This document shows, one piece after another, positions 39,878 through 48,388 of a DNA stretch of 64,000 nucleotides; positions within the stretch are counted from its first letter, which is position 1; every line of letters starts with the position of its first letter. A program made the position numbers and the translations under genes. Under the pieces are notes generated by a model that was not told the DNA's origin, did not search any database, and saw only the letters and a program-made list of their open reading frames with translations. The stretch lies in contig CBDFLE010000006.1 of assembly GCA_965248925.1 (NCBI GenBank), forward strand, positions 3,328,001-3,392,000, in the 5' to 3' direction. Source of the stretch: Candidatus Multivoradales bacterium. GTDB taxonomy: Bacteria; Acidobacteriota; Thermoanaerobaculia; Multivoradales; J023.

Positions 39878-41344
39878 ATGTTTGTTTGCAGACTCACGGT
39901 TGCTTTGCTGATTCTCGCTCTCTTCGCCGATCGAGGCTGGTCGGGTGAGATCGGTCAAGTTGGCGCCAACGACTTTCGGATCTCGGACATGGACGGGGCG
40001 CCTTTTGTCGGCATCACGGGGCCTGGCAGCGTCGCTTTCAACACCCTTGATCGGGAGTATCTAGTGGTCTGGTCGGGCACTGCGACGCCGTCGGCGACCT
40101 CCGAGATCTATGGCCAGCGCCTCGACCGCGACGGTTCTCCGGTCGGTGCCCCCGACTTTCGGATCTCGCAACTCAGCCAGGGCAATCCAAGCTTCGGCGC
40201 TTTCTCGCCGTCGGTGGTCTACAACCCACATCGCCGGGAGTACCTGGTGGTCTGGTATGGGCAGGACTTCCTGCTGCCCGACAACGGTAACGAAATCTAC
40301 GCTCAGCGCCTAAGGCCAGACGGCAGTAGCCTCGGGGGCAACTTTCGAATCTCTCAAACAGGCGACGGAACAGCGATATTTGATGCCTTCAATCCGGTTG
40401 CCACCTACAACGGAAACGACTTCGAGTATCTTGTCGTTTGGTACGCCGACCACGGTCAAGGTGCCCTGGTTAATAACGAGTTTGAGATCTACGGCCAGTT
40501 CCTTGACGCTGTCGGTGTAGAGATTGGAAGTGACTTCCGGATCTCCGAAATGGGAGGCTCTGGCGATCCCTCTGATGCTGCTTTTGAACCCGACGTCGCT
40601 TTCGATCCGATCAACGGTTGGTACCTGGTGGTCTGGACGGGTGACGCGGCCGGTGGCGCTCTGGTCGACGACGAGTTCGAAATCTACGGTCAGCTGCTCG
40701 ACGCGACCGGCCAGCAGATTGGTACCAACGACTTCTTATTGTCGGATCTAGGTGGCTTTGGCGACGCCGATTTCGACGCCGGCTCTCCGGCCGTCGAGTT
40801 CCAGCCGGTCACTCGCGAATGGTGGGTTGTCTGGTTCGGAGACGACGACGAGGGAGGGCTGGTCGAGGGGGAACTCGAGATCTTTGGCCAACGGCTGAGT
40901 ATTGCTGGCGCGCAGCTTGGCGACAATGATTTTCGTATCTCGACGATGGGCGGGTTAGGAGCCGCGGGTTTTTTCGCGTTCGTCCCCGATCTGGTTTTCG
41001 ACTCCAGCAGTGACGAAATGTTGGTAGCGTGGTCGGGCAACGAGCAGATCGGCGAAACCGAAATCCACCTGGCGCGCTTACGGGCCGATGGCCTCCTGGC
41101 CGATCGCTCAATCAGGATCTCGGACCTCGGGCCCGATGCCGATCCGAGCTTCTTTGCGGAGGCCCCCGCGCTCGCTTGGAACGAGGTTGATGGCCAGTTG
41201 TTAGTGGTTTGGTGGGGCAATGATGATCAGAGCGCGGGAGTCGCCTCCGATGTCGACATCTTTGGCCAACGGCTCACTCACCCCTTCTTCTGTGATGGTT
41301 TCGAATCGGGTGATTTCGCTGCTTGGAGCCAGGTGACGCCTTGA
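39878..41344 (+). CDS. Secreted beta-propeller-like repeat protein with FCDGFESG tail
   Basis: ~7 repeats DFRIS...P.VA(F/Y)N....YLVVW....EIYGQ.L; signal peptide; GGAGG RBS. Confidence 0.8.
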   Translation: MFVCRLTVALLILALFADRGWSGEIGQVGANDFRISDMDGAPFVGITGPGSVAFNTLDREYLVVWSGTATPSATSEIYGQRLDRDGSPVGAPDFRISQLSQGNPSFGAFSPSVVYNPHRREYLVVWYGQDFLLPDNGNEIYAQRLRPDGSSLGGNFRISQTGDGTAIFDAFNPVATYNGNDFEYLVVWYADHGQGALVNNEFEIYGQFLDAVGVEIGSDFRISEMGGSGDPSDAAFEPDVAFDPINGWYLVVWTGDAAGGALVDDEFEIYGQLLDATGQQIGTNDFLLSDLGGFGDADFDAGSPAVEFQPVTREWWVVWFGDDDEGGLVEGELEIFGQRLSIAGAQLGDNDFRISTMGGLGAAGFFAFVPDLVFDSSSDEMLVAWSGNEQIGETEIHLARLRADGLLADRSIRISDLGPDADPSFFAEAPALAWNEVDGQLLVVWWGNDDQSAGVASDVDIFGQRLTHPFFCDGFESGDFAAWSQVTP

Positions 41345-41576
41345 GCACAGGATCGGCTAGTCGCTGGTTGCGGCCAGCTCGCGCACCTTCTTGGGCAATC
41401 GCAAGGGACGGTAGACTTGCTACCCTTCAAGCCGGCCGTAGGCCATGAGCCGCCCGCTGGCGATGCCCTCCGGGGTAGCCTGCACAAAGCCTTCCCAGCC
41501 ACTTTTCATCGCTGACGAGCCTTTGCTCTTAGCGACTGAAGGGCGGTGGATGCCGGTAATCAGCTCGCCTCGCACC

Positions 41577-42008
41577 AGGGCTTCTATGTTGCCACCCAAG
41601 TCGGCAGAATCATCGGAGATCGCAGTTCTCCGGCTCTGAAGAACGCACACTCCTGCTCTTTGGCGTCTCGGTCGGGCGCCTTGATCGAGGGTTTGTGACT
41701 TTGAGCTTGTTGAAATCGTCTTTGCCAGAGACGGGAGGCCAGCCGCTCTAACTCATAGGCGTTTCTAGGGTAGACCTCTCCTGTGGAGAGTTGAAGTTAC
41801 TTTCGAACTCGGTCCCTTGCGCTTTGGTCAAGGCGGTGATGGCAACCGTGACAACGTTGTCTATCCGGGCGAGCGGGTTGGACCCGCACGGCTACAGGGC
41901 TGTCCGGCGTTGCTCGATATGCCTCGACGAACAGGCGGTATGCTTCCTTCAGCTGTTCTCGGACCGCCTTTGACGCGGCATGCACGGCTACGTTTGGGGT
42001 GGCACCCC
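41577..42008 (-). mobile_element. Non-autonomous, internally deleted derivative of the RAYT element
   Basis: Collinear with 37911-38415 (one internal gap), then jumps to the end motif CGTTTGGGGTGGCACCCC. Confidence 0.85.
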
Positions 42009-42132
42009 GAGGGCAGGCACCCCGAGGGCAGGATCTCTTGGCGTGGCCAAAGGCACATGCAGCTGCGCTCCTGTGGCATACTCACTAGGTATTTTCCACC
42101 ATCGAAATCGCTCATCGTCGTAGGGACCCCAG

Positions 42133-42750
42133 GTGAGTCGACTGCCAGCCGAGGCCGGGAGTGCTAGCGACCCGATCGCTGCCGCCATCGAGGCGTTTCA
42201 GCGTGGTGTTGATCGCGAGCGCAGCTTCCGGACCATCTTCGAGCGCTTCCACGCGCCCGTCAGGCGCTTCTTCGCCCGTCGCGGCGTGCCGGCCGAGGAA
42301 TGCCCCGATCTAACCCAAGAGGTGTTTCTCGGGATTTATCGTGGACTGGCGAGCTGGCGGCCGGAGGCTCGTTTCGAAACCTGGCTGTTTCACATCGCCA
42401 ACACCACCTGGCTGAAGCGCTTGCGTCACCAGGCGGCGAACAAACGCGCCGGCATCGAGCTGGCGACCGACGATATCGAAGCGTTCGAGCCCGCATTGTG
42501 GCTGGCGGATCGGCAACTCGACCGGCTGCTCGACGGCGAACGCCAACAGGCTTTGCATCAGGCCGTGACCGAGCTTCCCGCGCAGATGCGTAAGTGCTTG
42601 ACTCTGCGGCTCTACCACGACTTGAAGTACCGGGAGATCGCCAGCTTGCAACGGATCTCGCTGGACACCGTGAAAGCTCATCTGTTCCAAGCACGGCAGA
42701 AGCTCAAGCTCAGGCTGAGCGATTTTGCCACCGAGGAACTGCCTTGGTGA
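42133..42750 (+). CDS. ECF RNA polymerase sigma factor
   Basis: DLTQEVFL, FETWLFHIA, LPAQMRKCL, YREIA, TVKAHLFQAR. Confidence 0.92.
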   Translation: MSRLPAEAGSASDPIAAAIEAFQRGVDRERSFRTIFERFHAPVRRFFARRGVPAEECPDLTQEVFLGIYRGLASWRPEARFETWLFHIANTTWLKRLRHQAANKRAGIELATDDIEAFEPALWLADRQLDRLLDGERQQALHQAVTELPAQMRKCLTLRLYHDLKYREIASLQRISLDTVKAHLFQARQKLKLRLSDFATEELPW

Positions 42751-43553
42751 GCGGGAGGAACGAAGTGGAGAACACCGATCATCGTGCCCTGCGCGCGGCG
42801 CTGGCAGACGAGGCCAGTGGCGGTGATTTGTTGGCCGCTCACCCCATTGCCGACACTTTGCTGGCCTATCTCGAGGGCACTCTGGAGGGTGCCGAGGCGG
42901 AGCGGATCGCGGACCACTTGGTGGCTTGCCGCGAGTGTGGACGGGCAGCGATCGATCTTGGTGACTTCGCATCCGGCGAAACCGAGGAGGTTGCGGAGTT
43001 CGCTACCGTCGCCGCTTGGCGGGCTTTTAAGGAACATCTTCCAGAGCAGGACGCAAGCGCCCGATCACGACCCAGTCCGAATTCCCGATCCACCCTTCAC
43101 TGGCCGAGCCGGGCCTTAGCGGCGAGCCTGGTGGTGGCATGTCTGGGTTTGCTGCTGTGGGGCGGTGCCTTGCGGCGCTCGTTGGGCCGGGCCGAAGCGA
43201 CGGTTGTCGAGTTGGAGGCGGCCCAGCTCGAGGTGCCGATCCTCTATCTCGAAGGCGCCGTGCGCGATCAGGCGGCAGCGGTGGCGGAGATTGCCCGAAG
43301 GGCTGGTCCGGGCCGATTCTTGATCGTCCTGACACCGCCGCCAGGAGCCTCGTTCAGGGGCTTGGCAGTCGAGGTGGTGGATTCGGTGGGGCGGCCCCTG
43401 TGGTCGGCCAGTGACCTCGACTTGAGTGAGTACGGCACCTTGCGAATCGGGCTGTCTCGGGCTCAACTGCCGGCTGGCGACTTCTTGTTGCTGCTGCGTG
43501 ATCGATCTGGTGACCTGCTGGCCGAGTATCCACTGCGATTGTCCGATCACTGA
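42747..43553 (+). CDS. Zinc-binding (zf-HC2) transmembrane anti-sigma factor
   Basis: HP..LLAY.EG.L...HLVACREC, TM helix, extracytoplasmic beta domain; GTGA overlap with the sigma stop (alternative GTG at 42765). Confidence 0.85.
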   Translation: MSGRNEVENTDHRALRAALADEASGGDLLAAHPIADTLLAYLEGTLEGAEAERIADHLVACRECGRAAIDLGDFASGETEEVAEFATVAAWRAFKEHLPEQDASARSRPSPNSRSTLHWPSRALAASLVVACLGLLLWGGALRRSLGRAEATVVELEAAQLEVPILYLEGAVRDQAAAVAEIARRAGPGRFLIVLTPPPGASFRGLAVEVVDSVGRPLWSASDLDLSEYGTLRIGLSRAQLPAGDFLLLLRDRSGDLLAEYPLRLSDH

Positions 43554-43564
43554 GGGGTCGAGGC

Positions 43565-46500
43565 TTGCCGGCCAGGTACCTGCAGCTTGCCGTCTTCTCG
43601 CTGCTTTGCTGGGCGCTCCTCAGCGGCTGCGCCCCGCCCGCGGTCCACACCGATTCAAGCCAGCCCGGCCAAGCTGCCAAGACCTTGGTGGCCGGAATGC
43701 AGCTCGAACAAGTGCCGCGAGATGCCGACGATGCTCGGACTTTCATCGTCGAGATGCAAGCGGGCGACTACCTGCAACTGCACGTCGAGCAACTCGGTGT
43801 GGATGTGCTGCTGCGGCTGTCGTCGCCAAGTGGCTTACCCCTGCTCGAAGTCGATAGCCCGACCGGTCGCCAAGGTTTTGAGCGGCTGTATTTTGTGACC
43901 TCTGAGAGCGGTTCTTATCTTCTGCGAGTGGAGCCCTTTGCTGCACCCGAGATGGGTGGTCACTTCGTGCTGCGGGTCGAAGCGCAGGGCTTGGCCTCAC
44001 CGCGACAGCGCTTGCAGGCCGCCGCGGCGGCGGCGGAGTGGGCGGCACGGGTAGAGTCTGAGCCGGCCGAGGTGCGCGCTCATCTGCGGCAGGCGTGGCG
44101 TCTGTGGCAGCAAGCGGCGGCCCCCGCGGCGGTGGCTAATGTCGAGATGCAACTGGCGGAGCTGGATCAGCTCGTGGGGCACATCGATGCCGCCAACACC
44201 GGTTTTCGCAGGGCCGCCGCGGGCTTCGAGGTCGCCGGGGAGCCGCTGCAGCAGGCCACCGCGCTGCTCAGTCTGGGGTCGATGTATTACCGCTTGGATC
44301 GCTTGCCCGAGGCCATTGCGGTTTACCGTCTGGCGTTGGCGCCGGCCGCGGCTTCGACCGGCAGGCATCTCGAAGCAGATTTGCTCTTTAACCTGGGCAC
44401 CAGCCATCTGCTGCGCGGCGAGTTACAGCAGGCGCTCGACTACCACGAGCGCGAGGCCGCGGTGCGAGGCGAGGCCGAAACGATGGCCGAGCGGGCCGAG
44501 CGGCTGCACAACCTCGGCATCCTCAACTGGCAACTCGGTCGCTGGCAGCGGGCGGTGGACCTGCTGAGCGAGGCTGTTGGACTTTTTGCTCAGCTCGGCG
44601 ATCAGCGAAGGTGGGCCAACAGTCTGGTGCAGCTGGGAGAGGCACAGCGCAACCGCGGTGAGCCGGAGGCGGCTGAGGAGAGCTACCTCCAAGCCCTCGC
44701 CATTCAACGCCAGCTCGACTCAAGCCGCGAGCTTTCGACCACTTTGGTTGCCCTGGGGCTGCTGCACAAGGAAAACGGCCGTCTGGAGAGTGCCCGTGAA
44801 CTCTACCTGGAGGTTCTGGAGCGCAGCGCGGAACTCAGCCGAGCCGATCGCGCCACCACGTTGCACAACCTGGCGGCGATCGACCGCGCTCAGGGTCGGC
44901 CCGAGGCTGCGCTGCGGCGCTCTGTTAAGAGCCTGGCGCTGCATCGCCGGAGCGGCAGCGTTCACTTGCAGGCCCATGCCCTGGTGGGTTTGGCGGCGGC
45001 AGAACGTCAACTCGCCTTGCTGACCGAGGCTCGGCGGCATCTGGAACAGGCTTTGGAACTCTTTGAGTCGACCCGTTACGCGGTGCTCACCGCTAGTCGG
45101 CGGTCATCGTACCTGGCCACTGTGCAGCCGCACTACGGCAACTACATCGACTTGCTGGTCGAGCTCGGTGAGCCGGCGGCGGCGCTAGCGGCGGTCGAGC
45201 GCTCTCGAGCGCGCTCATTGCTCGATGCCTTGAGCCTTGCGGCGCTGGCGGTTGACGGTGAAGAGGATGCTGAGCTGCTGGCCGCAGAAGAGCGGGCCCG
45301 AGGCCAAGTTGAAGAGCTGGCGGCGCGCCGCCAAGCGCTCAGCCTGCGCGCGGTCGCGCCGCCTGACCTGCTGCCGCGAGTCGAGGCCGACTTGCGGCTG
45401 GCGCTAGACCGGCTGGAGGTGGCCAGCGATCGGCGGCGAGCAGGGAACCCCCGCTACCGCGAGCTGACCCGGCCTCGACCGCTCGATGTCGGCTCGATTC
45501 GGGGCTTGCTCGATGCCGACACCCAGTTGCTGGAGCTACATTTGGGCGAACGCCGCAGTTTTCTCTGGCTGGTGGATGACCAAAGTCTCGAACTCTTTGA
45601 GTTGCCACCGGCGGCTGTTCTAGAGCAGGCCGCGCGCGCCGCCTATCTGGCCCTGGGGCGCAGTCACCACCGCGAAGGCCATCGTCAGGCTGAGCAGGCT
45701 CTGTGTGATCTTTCGCGGCAGCTACTTGGTGTGGTCGGAGAGAGTCTGAGGGCTCATCGATTGGTGATGGTGGCGGATGGCGCGCTGCGCTACCTTCCTC
45801 TGGCGGTGCTTCCGGACCCTCGCCAGCTGGCCGCCGCCTGCGATGGGGTGGTACCCCTGGTGGAGAATTTCGAAGTTGTCAGCCTACCCTCAGTTTCGGT
45901 GTTGGCCGAAATACGGCGTGGCCACCGCGGGCAGGATCTGGGACTGCCGAGTTCGCCGACGCTGGCCGTGCTAGCCGACCCGGTGGTTGCTGCCGACGAT
46001 CCGCGGCTGAGGGGGCTGTTGCAGGATACAGACCTACCGTCGGCGTCGGCTGGGCTACGTCGCTTGCCCTTCTCTGGCCAGGAAGCGGCCACAATTCTGG
46101 CCCTGGCCGAGGCGGACTCAGGTTGGTCAGCGTTGGCGTTTGCCGCCGCCAAACCGGCACTGGCCGATCCCCGACTGATGGCTGCGGACATCGTCCACTT
46201 TGCGGTCCACGGAGTGCTCGACAGTGAGCATCCGGAGTTGTCCGGACTGATGTTGTCGCGTTTCGACCGCGGTGGTCAGGCACGCGACGGATTCTTGAGT
46301 GTCCACCAAGTCTACAACTTGCGTCTCGATGCCAAGTTGGTAGTGCTGTCGGCGTGTCGTACAGCGCTGGGGCGGGAGATCCGAGGCGAGGGTCTGGTGG
46401 GTCTTACCCGTGGATTTATGTTTGCCGGTGCCGAGCGCGTGCTGGTCAGCCTGTGGAATGTCGACGATGCGGCCACCGCCGAACTCATGGAGCGGTTCTA

Positions 46501-46633
46501 TCGTGCTCTGTTGCACGACCACTTGCGGCCCTCGGCGGCGCTGCGTCGCGCACAACTCGAATTGCGCCGCCAGCCGGGCCGTCAGGCACCTTTTTTTTGG
46601 GCTGGTTTCGAGTTACAAGGCGATTGGCGATGA
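43565..46633 (+). CDS. Lipoprotein with PPC-like domain, TPR array and CHAT (caspase-like) protease
   Basis: Lipobox LLSGC; YLQLHVEQLGVDV; TPRs; CHAT motifs DGALRYLP, HFAVHG (His), LSACRT (Cys), SLWNVDD, WAGF. Confidence 0.93.
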   Translation: MPARYLQLAVFSLLCWALLSGCAPPAVHTDSSQPGQAAKTLVAGMQLEQVPRDADDARTFIVEMQAGDYLQLHVEQLGVDVLLRLSSPSGLPLLEVDSPTGRQGFERLYFVTSESGSYLLRVEPFAAPEMGGHFVLRVEAQGLASPRQRLQAAAAAAEWAARVESEPAEVRAHLRQAWRLWQQAAAPAAVANVEMQLAELDQLVGHIDAANTGFRRAAAGFEVAGEPLQQATALLSLGSMYYRLDRLPEAIAVYRLALAPAAASTGRHLEADLLFNLGTSHLLRGELQQALDYHEREAAVRGEAETMAERAERLHNLGILNWQLGRWQRAVDLLSEAVGLFAQLGDQRRWANSLVQLGEAQRNRGEPEAAEESYLQALAIQRQLDSSRELSTTLVALGLLHKENGRLESARELYLEVLERSAELSRADRATTLHNLAAIDRAQGRPEAALRRSVKSLALHRRSGSVHLQAHALVGLAAAERQLALLTEARRHLEQALELFESTRYAVLTASRRSSYLATVQPHYGNYIDLLVELGEPAAALAAVERSRARSLLDALSLAALAVDGEEDAELLAAEERARGQVEELAARRQALSLRAVAPPDLLPRVEADLRLALDRLEVASDRRRAGNPRYRELTRPRPLDVGSIRGLLDADTQLLELHLGERRSFLWLVDDQSLELFELPPAAVLEQAARAAYLALGRSHHREGHRQAEQALCDLSRQLLGVVGESLRAHRLVMVADGALRYLPLAVLPDPRQLAAACDGVVPLVENFEVVSLPSVSVLAEIRRGHRGQDLGLPSSPTLAVLADPVVAADDPRLRGLLQDTDLPSASAGLRRLPFSGQEAATILALAEADSGWSALAFAAAKPALADPRLMAADIVHFAVHGVLDSEHPELSGLMLSRFDRGGQARDGFLSVHQVYNLRLDAKLVVLSACRTALGREIRGEGLVGLTRGFMFAGAERVLVSLWNVDDAATAELMERFYRALLHDHLRPSAALRRAQLELRRQPGRQAPFFWAGFELQGDWR

Positions 46634-46715
46634 AAAGCAGGGAGCCGGCTAAACCCTTCGGCAGGTTTTGGATTCGAGGCTGCAGAAGACTGGATATGAC
46701 AAAGGAGCGAAGCCG

Positions 46716-47189
46716 ATGAGTGACCCCCTACTAGCGCCCTACGAAAAGATCCTTATCAACACAGAACTCGACCTGGTTCGCTTGGCTGAGCAGGTGACCC
46801 AGCAGGGCCGCTGGCTCGAAGTGGGCGGTGTCATGGTGGCCCTCGAGCTGGTGCACCGCGGTCGCCAGACGCTGCCGGGTTGGGACATCCAACCCTCCAA
46901 TCCGGAGAAAGTCGATCAGATCACCATCCCACCGCCCGACCCCTCTGGATTGATCGGCGAGTTGCCCCACCGTCCGGCGGCGGATTTGCTCGAAGCCGCA
47001 CTGGCCGACTTGCTCGAGCTGCTCAGAGTTGCCGCTGATAGAGAAGATCGCCTGCCGCTCAATGCTTCTCTTCCGGCGTTGCTGCTGGTCGACCGCGCCC
47101 GCCGAGCGGTATCCGGACAGATGGCGGGTGGCAGAGGCGGTGCCAAGGTCGAGCCGCCGGCGCCGATGCCTCCTGATCCCGGTAGCTGA
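46716..47189 (+). CDS. Hypothetical protein of two helical repeats, each ending in PPDP
   Basis: AAGGAG RBS; ALELVHRGR...IPPPDPSG and ALLLVDRAR...MPPDPGS. Confidence 0.65.
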   Translation: MSDPLLAPYEKILINTELDLVRLAEQVTQQGRWLEVGGVMVALELVHRGRQTLPGWDIQPSNPEKVDQITIPPPDPSGLIGELPHRPAADLLEAALADLLELLRVAADREDRLPLNASLPALLLVDRARRAVSGQMAGGRGGAKVEPPAPMPPDPGS

Positions 47190-47316
47190 GAGGCCACTCT
47201 TCTCATCCCATCTCTCGGTCCGGGCCGGGCAGCATCGCTTCCCGGGGTCGGATTGTAGCCAACCAGATGGCAGTGATTCCTTCGCCAGACGACTAGCCCT
47301 TACCTGGAGCACGACC

Positions 47317-47460
47317 ATGACGATCAAGATTCCCAAAGATCCGGCAGGAGAACTGCCGGGCGGTCTCGCAAAGCGCCCCCCTCCGCGGACCTATGACGGC
47401 CCGATGCACCCCGCCAAGCTCCCGCCGCCGACTCCGCCGCCGGTGGACAATGGCGGCTGA
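47317..47460 (+). CDS. 47-aa proline-rich peptide
   Basis: GGAG RBS; MTIKIPKDPAGELPGGLAKRPPPRTYDGPMHPAKLPPPTPPPVDNGG; followed at once by a strong hairpin. Confidence 0.5.
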   Translation: MTIKIPKDPAGELPGGLAKRPPPRTYDGPMHPAKLPPPTPPPVDNGG

Positions 47461-47512
47461 GCAGAAGCCGCGGGCATTCGCCGGTGATTGGGCGGGTGCC
47501 CGCGGGGTCTGC
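47461..47512 (+). terminator. Strong stem-loop after the sigma-CHAT operon
   Basis: CCGCGGGCATTCGCC...GGCGGGTGCCCGCGG (G-U pairs on + strand); no clear U-tract. Confidence 0.55.
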
Positions 47513-47703
47513 GACGAGATCGCGGTGGGTCGACAGAGGTGAAGGGCTAGAGTGCGAGTGAGTGCTCCCTACCGGTTCGCCGTCAGGTCCGCAGAGCGAT
47601 GCGCGGATAGACCCAGCTGCTGCATCGCCCGCTGGTCGCTCAGCCGCGGCTCCGGAAGAGCCGATCTAGGTTCTACTTCAGGGTGCCATGAGCAGGACAT
47701 GCC

Positions 47704-48084
47704 TCACGCCTGCAACCACAGCAAGACGGCGAAGATCAGCACTGTCGCGGTGACGAAGCTCTGCACCCAGCGGTGGCCTTTGAGCACCGTCAACCGGGCG
47801 CCGAGGGCGCCACCGACCATGGTGCCGGCGGCTAGCGCCAGGCCGTAGCTCCACCACACCTTGCCGTGGTAGGCGAAGACCGCCAGGGCGAGGCCGGTGA
47901 GACAGAGGATGGTGAGCACTTTGACCGCGTTGCCGCGCACCATGTCGAGGCCGGCGGCGGTGGTGGCGGCGAGCACTAGAAACCCGACTCCGGCCTGGAC
48001 GAAACCACCGTAAGTGCCGACGGCGAAGAAACCCGCGGCAAGGGCCAACGGGTGCGCCGGGCCGGTCACTGGTTGGCTGGGTGC
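47704..48084 (-). pseudogene. Duplicated 3' half of the TauE/SafE gene
   Basis: 381-bp direct repeat of 58740-59120 with about 10 mismatches by eye. Confidence 0.92.
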
Positions 48085-48388
48085 GAGTACGGTTTGGGTG
48101 GCACCCTGAGAGGGCTATGCGCCGCCCCGAATCTCCTCTGCCGGCAGATGTCGCCAGCAGGTAGAAGGAATCGGCATTGGAGGCAGTGCGTGGTGATTTC
48201 GAAGGTGGCGCCGCCGGGGCGAATGTGTCGGAGATGTCTTGCCATACCCTCTCTCGACGAGGAGAGGGTTGCCAATCTTGCGGTTTGGAGGAGAGAAAGC
48301 TGGCGGATTCTGAGACCGACTGGGAACGCTGTTCCTGGCCTGTCGGATAAGTTGTTGAAAACAACAGAGTACGAGGTGGGTGGTGCCC
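48085..48388 (-). mobile_element. RAYT remnants: lone end motif (48085-48106) plus 5' transposase fragment and right end
   Basis: GAGTACGGTTTGGGTGGCACCC; 48147-48388 is collinear with ~39075-39318 (MARHLRHIRPGGATFEITTHCLQCRFLL). Confidence 0.82.
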
